This document shows positions 59,588 through 64,000 of a stretch of DNA of 64,000 bases, one piece after another (position 1 is the first letter of the stretch; every line of letters begins with the position of its first letter). The notes beneath the pieces are model-generated. The model was not told the DNA's origin. It searched no databases and saw only the letters and a list, made by a program, of their open reading frames with translations. The stretch lies in NCBI RefSeq assembly GCF_001194135.2, contig NC_069004.1, positions 29,766,370 through 29,830,369 of the forward strand, given 5' to 3'. The translations under genes and the position numbers were made by a program. The stretch is from Octopus bimaculoides. Taxonomy: Eukaryota.

Positions 59588-60829
59588 GTAAGTCAGCGAT
59601 TCTTATTTTCAAAATATCCTGTTCTTGTTTTAGTCATTGGACTGCGACCATGCTGGGACACTGCCTTGAAGGGTTTAGTCAAACAAATTGACCCCAGGAC
59701 TTTTTTTTTGGTAAAATCTGGTACTTGTTCTCTATCAGTCACTTTTGCCGAGCCACTATGTCATGGAGACAAACAAACCAACGCCATTTGACTGGTGCTG
59801 GAACACATACGTGCACACAACACGTTTCTTTTTTTTTTTTTTTCTGTCTACCAAATCCGCTCTGTTATAGCCTAAGATTATAGTAGAAGTCACTTCCAGA
59901 AGAAACTGTGCAGTGGAACTGAACCTACAACCATGTGGTTGGGAAGCAAACTTCTTACCACACTTCCACACTCGTGCCTATTTTGCAATTTTAATTTTTC
60001 ATGTTTGTCTGTATCTGGATGGTCTTTCACATGGATTACAATTGAAGAGTTTCAGGATTCCATATAAAATTATTTCCTTGAGATTTTGAAGTCAGACATC
60101 AAGTGTGTATGGAAGAACTGCGATTTACAAGATGCAGTCCAGAAGTTCTCAGGCTTTTTCAGGAAAGACATTAATTTCAAAGAAGTCCAAAACCAGTCTA
60201 GAATATTTCATGAGTTTTTGTAGGATTTTTGTCCAGTTTAACATGAAAACTTTATTGCCGAGTGAGCTTCCAAATTGTCTTCGTATCCTGACAGCATTCT
60301 GCAAACTAGTCAGATGTCACAAGCAGCGTGCTGTTACAGCCGTTAACCTCAATCTGGAATAACTGCTCTTACAAAAGTTTCAAAACTTTGGGACCGCACC
60401 TCAAATATCACTCTGGTTATCATCTCCAAACTTTTATCTGCCATTAATTCATTGATCAAATCAGGCATTTTCAATCATTTTTCATCTATGGACCTCTTTG
60501 ATTGACCCCCCCCCCCATAACCATTCATTGTTTGAAAACTAGTTTTATAGAATGTTATTTATTAATGCTTTCACACATCAAATTGTGTAGGTTGGTCTGT
60601 GTAGAATGTTAAAGAAAGAAACCTAGATGTTTCTTGCGATACATACCAATGCACACATCTAAGGCAAAATTTTTTTCCAGGGCCTTTAAAATACTCTTGT
60701 CCTCAAAGAATGATTAGCGGCCATTTTTCAAAGTGTTGACGAAAAAGGAAACTCCGGAAAAAAACGGATCACCAAATTTAGTAACGAAGGTTACCAAATG
60801 TACAGGAATGCTAAAAAGAAAAAGATTAA

Positions 60830-60960
60830 GTTATCTCCCTTGGATTAGAAATCTCAAAGGGATTGCAGTTGTCTCCCTTAGATTAGAAATCTCAAAGCGC
60901 TTGAAGTTGTCTCCCTTGGATTAGAAATCTCAAAGGGATTGAAGTTGTCTCCCTTAGACT
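60830..60960. repeat. 38-bp tandem repeat, about 3.4 copies
   Basis: gttgtctcccttggattagaaatctcaaagggattgaa repeated. Confidence 0.9.
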
Positions 60961-61465
60961 AGAGAGTTCAAAGTTTTTTTTATATCAGTTGATAGAGCAC
61001 AGACAGGATGTGGTAGCGTACGGATTCCTATCTTAAAGGATGTTTAATGTTGGTTATTCCTGTAATGATGTTAAATATCTACCAAAAACTGGAATTATCT
61101 CAATAAACGTGGAATATGTTAAAAACAAAAAAAAATTGGTTTCTAATATACCATTCCTCAACAAAAGATAGACTGGTAGTTAAAACTGCAAATGTTTTCT
61201 CCGATAGCATTATGAAAAGGTTTGGATGATGGAAACTGAAAGAAGCCTAGCGTGTGTGTGTATATATATTTATGAGAGCTTGCTGGAAAGTTCCTGGCAT
61301 TAAGAGTGTCGTGAAAGGTTTGGTTGGAGGCCCAACATTCTAAGTTCTTCTACAGGGCTTAGAAAAACTGAAGGACTACTGCAGTAAGTGTATGAACCCG
61401 AAAGGGGAATATGTTGAATAAAATCCGTCTGTATTTTCTTTTATCCAAAGCCAGGAACGTTGATA

Positions 61466-61496
<31 letters not shown>

Positions 61497-62594
61497 CTAT
61501 AAGTCAGTGGGGTTGTGTTAACTGCACGTGGAGAAATAATAGGAAAATGAAAAAAAGCCAGAATGCTAAACTGGAAGCATATTTTAATAAAGATTTCTTC
61601 TAACCGGTTTTCATTGCGAAAAGCAAATTATCAAGAAGGAGAATGAAAATGTTTTTTTACAAAGAAGTACAAAATGAAGAAAGTAATATATAAAACAATA
61701 ATATATTAAAAAATAAATATACCCATACGTTATATTGTCTTTGAGCTTTTGTAGTTCAATAGTAGTTCATGTATAAACTGGTAGGAAAAATAAGGATGCA
61801 TGNNNNNNNNNNNNNNNNNNNNNNNNNNNNNNNNNNNNNNNNNNNNNNNNNNNNNNNNNNNNNNNNNNNNNNNNNNNNNNNNNNNNNNNNNNNNNNNNNN
61901 NNNNNNNNNNNNNNNNNNNNNNNNNNNNNNNNNNNNNNNNNNNNNNNNNNNNNNNNNNNNNNNNNNNNNNNNNNNNNNNNNNNNNNNNNNNNNNNNNNNN
62001 NNNNNNNNNNNNNNNNNNNNNNNNNNNNNNNNNNNNNNNNNNNNNNNNNNNNNNNNNNNNNNNNNNNNNNNNNNNNNNNNNNNNNNNNNNNNNNNNNNNN
62101 NNNNNNNNNNNNNNNNNNNNNNNNNNNNNNNNNNNNNNNNNNNNNNNNNNNNNNNNNNNNNNNNNNNNNNNNNNNNNNNNNNNNNNNNNNNNNNNNNNNN
62201 NNNNNNNNNNNNNNNNNNNNNNNNNNNNNNNNNNNNNNNNNNNNNNNNNNNNNNNNNNTATAATGAATTTAGGGTTTTTTTGTTTCAGTTAAAAAATGTG
62301 CACGCCCTAATTGTGGTACCTGCCCCTACCTACTTGAAGGCTCTGAATTTACCTTCAAATGAGGAACAAAGTTTAAAATTAAAACCAATTTCTCTTGTTC
62401 CTCTGGTAACCTCATTTATGTCCTCACTTGCGCAGGTTGCCAAAACTTCTATATCGGACAGACGAGCCTCCCATTGCGTAGAAGAGTAGCTGTCCATAAG
62501 GAACAAATAAACCTCCCTCAATACCGCCAAATTCCACTCAGTAGCCACATAGACTCTTGTGCCAGAAACATTGTTATGATCATTGAAAACATAT

Positions 62595-62922
62595 TGTAGC
62601 CTGGTGCCGGTGGCACGTGTAAAGGCATTTGAGCGAGATCGTTGCCAGTGCCGCTGGACTGGCTCCTGTGCAGGTGGCAAGTAAAATACACCATTTCGAG
62701 CGTGGCTGTTGCCAGTACCGCCTGACAGGCCTTCGTGCCGGTGGCACGTAAGAGCACCCACTACACTCTCTGAGTGGTTGGTGTTAGGAAGGGCATCCAG
62801 CCGTAGAAACTCTGCCAAATCAGATTGGAGCCTGGTGTAGCCATCTGGTTTCACCAGTCCTCAGTCAAATCGTCCAACCCATGCTAGCATGGAAAGCGGA
62901 TGTTAAACGATGATGATGATGA
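62595..62922 (+). mobile_element. SINE-like family C with (GAT)n tail and internal ~50-60-bp repeats; representative of about 13 copies
   Basis: Motif ggtgttaggaagggcatccagc...aacccatgctagcatggaaagcggacgttaaacgatgatgat. Other copies near 31830, 33715, 37325, 38075, 41285, 45505, 53405, 53770, 54797, 58560. Confidence 0.8.
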
Positions 62923-63039
62923 TATCTTATTGAAAAAAACAACAGAAGATTGTTGTTGTTTACCTCCTGATCTGTTCTGAAATAGCAGTTTTATGAACTG
63001 CCAAATCACCTGTCACCATTCCCCCTTTTCCTGTTATTT

Positions 63040-63560
63040 TTTCAGGCCTGATGCATCTTTCTTACAAAGGCCTTTCACTCTCTATGGAGTATCAACCATT
63101 GACAACTTTTCTTTTGTGCTCTTGACTGCGGACCGTCTCCTGTTGGATCCTTGCTTTTTCATTTCTGCCTCAATATCCTTTCTCCATTTATTTTTAAAGT
63201 GCCCCCTCTTCTGCCTCCATTGTGGGTTCCAAGTCTAGACCTTATGTGTAATGCAGTATCTTGGTTTCCTTGAGGTGTGGCCCATCCAGTCCCACTTGTG
63301 CTTCAGGATCTATTCTTCCATTGGCACCTGACCTCAATCCCATTCTGCTACAGGTCTTTTGTATGGCAACTTTGTTGTTTCTTCTCATCATCAGATGGGG
63401 AGTTGACCTTGTAACTTCCTTTTGGAGTTTGCAGCGCCATATCATGATTCCCCGAGTGAAGGCCATCCTCTCCCATGTCTTGTTGGTTTTCAGTTATCAT
63501 CAATGCTTCTATAACTTTACATTTTTCCAAGTAGTGTTGTTGGTTCTACACAAACCCATT
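63040..63560 (-). mobile_element. RTE-clade LINE 3' fragment, decayed
   Basis: Minus strand KWDWMGHTSRKPRYCITHKV*TWNPQWRQKRG...WRKDIEAEMKKQG matches the RTE WxWIGHTLRKP...ALxWNPQGxRxRGRP motif. Confidence 0.75.
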
Positions 63561-64000
63561 TTATCTCTGAGAAGAAGTGATCCATTTTAGTCTAACCTCC
63601 ATCCTTTAACCTATCCAGCATAGAAGAGCCTGTCAGGTGCTTGCACTCTGCTAGCATAGCTCTCAGATGCATACAAGCCTTCACACTGCAACAAGGACTG
63701 GACCTTGTGGTGAACCTTATGTATCTAGGACTACATTAGTCGGTTTGCCCTTTCTCTCTTAAAATTTAAAGTGTGTGCTTTATGGAGATTTGGTTGTTAT
63801 TTCTAGTAGGTGAATTGACCATAAGAAGCTCTTATAGAGCCTTTATGCAATACCCTGAATACAACAGAGTTTTTATAGAATACCCTATCATAATAAAGGG
63901 TATTCAATAACCCCCAATTTTCTGGTCATGCAATTACTTAGACACTCCGTTATTGGTCCCTCTTAATGAACATCTACCTCATCACTCAGCTCCCTAATTG

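Noticed and set aside
1245-62489. Long ORFs in the track containing X runs
   Set aside because: Artefacts of N gaps (about 1377-2075, 2548-3230, 7775-8221, 11204-11929, 14580-15071, 27080-27268, 31230-31706, 42961-43474, 50222-50970, 61803-62259 and smaller ones).

Overview
AT-rich, repeat-dense animal genomic DNA with about 14 assembly gaps. The SINE and microsatellite landscape suggests a coleoid cephalopod, probably Octopus; this is inference. Four protein-coding genes were rebuilt by hand from GT-AG boundaries and reading-frame phase. They are SMCO4 (+, single coding exon, 59 aa), COMMD2 (-, 5 exons, 199 aa), a CEP63/DEUP1-family gene (+, 12 exons, about 535 aa, head-to-head with COMMD2 with 370 bp between the ATGs) and the 5' part of CEP295 (+, 7 coding exons found, gene continues). 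The introns and intergenic DNA hold several tRNA-derived SINE families, mariner/maT/pogo/piggyBac-like MITEs, a Helitron-like element and RTE LINE fragments. Two observations stand out. First, at least two unrelated short repeat families carry minimal type I hammerhead-ribozyme folds. One is a tRNA-headed SINE whose four loci are all fold-backs. The other is a 273-bp element with a candidate 13-bp target-site duplication, lying in sense orientation in COMMD2 intron 2. Second, the SMCO4 / CEP63-DEUP1 / CEP295 linkage mirrors the human 11q21 DEUP1-SMCO4-CEP295 cluster, and COMMD2 lies on human 3q with CEP63. Protein identifications rest on recalled human sequences, not database searches. Repeat boundaries are approximate.
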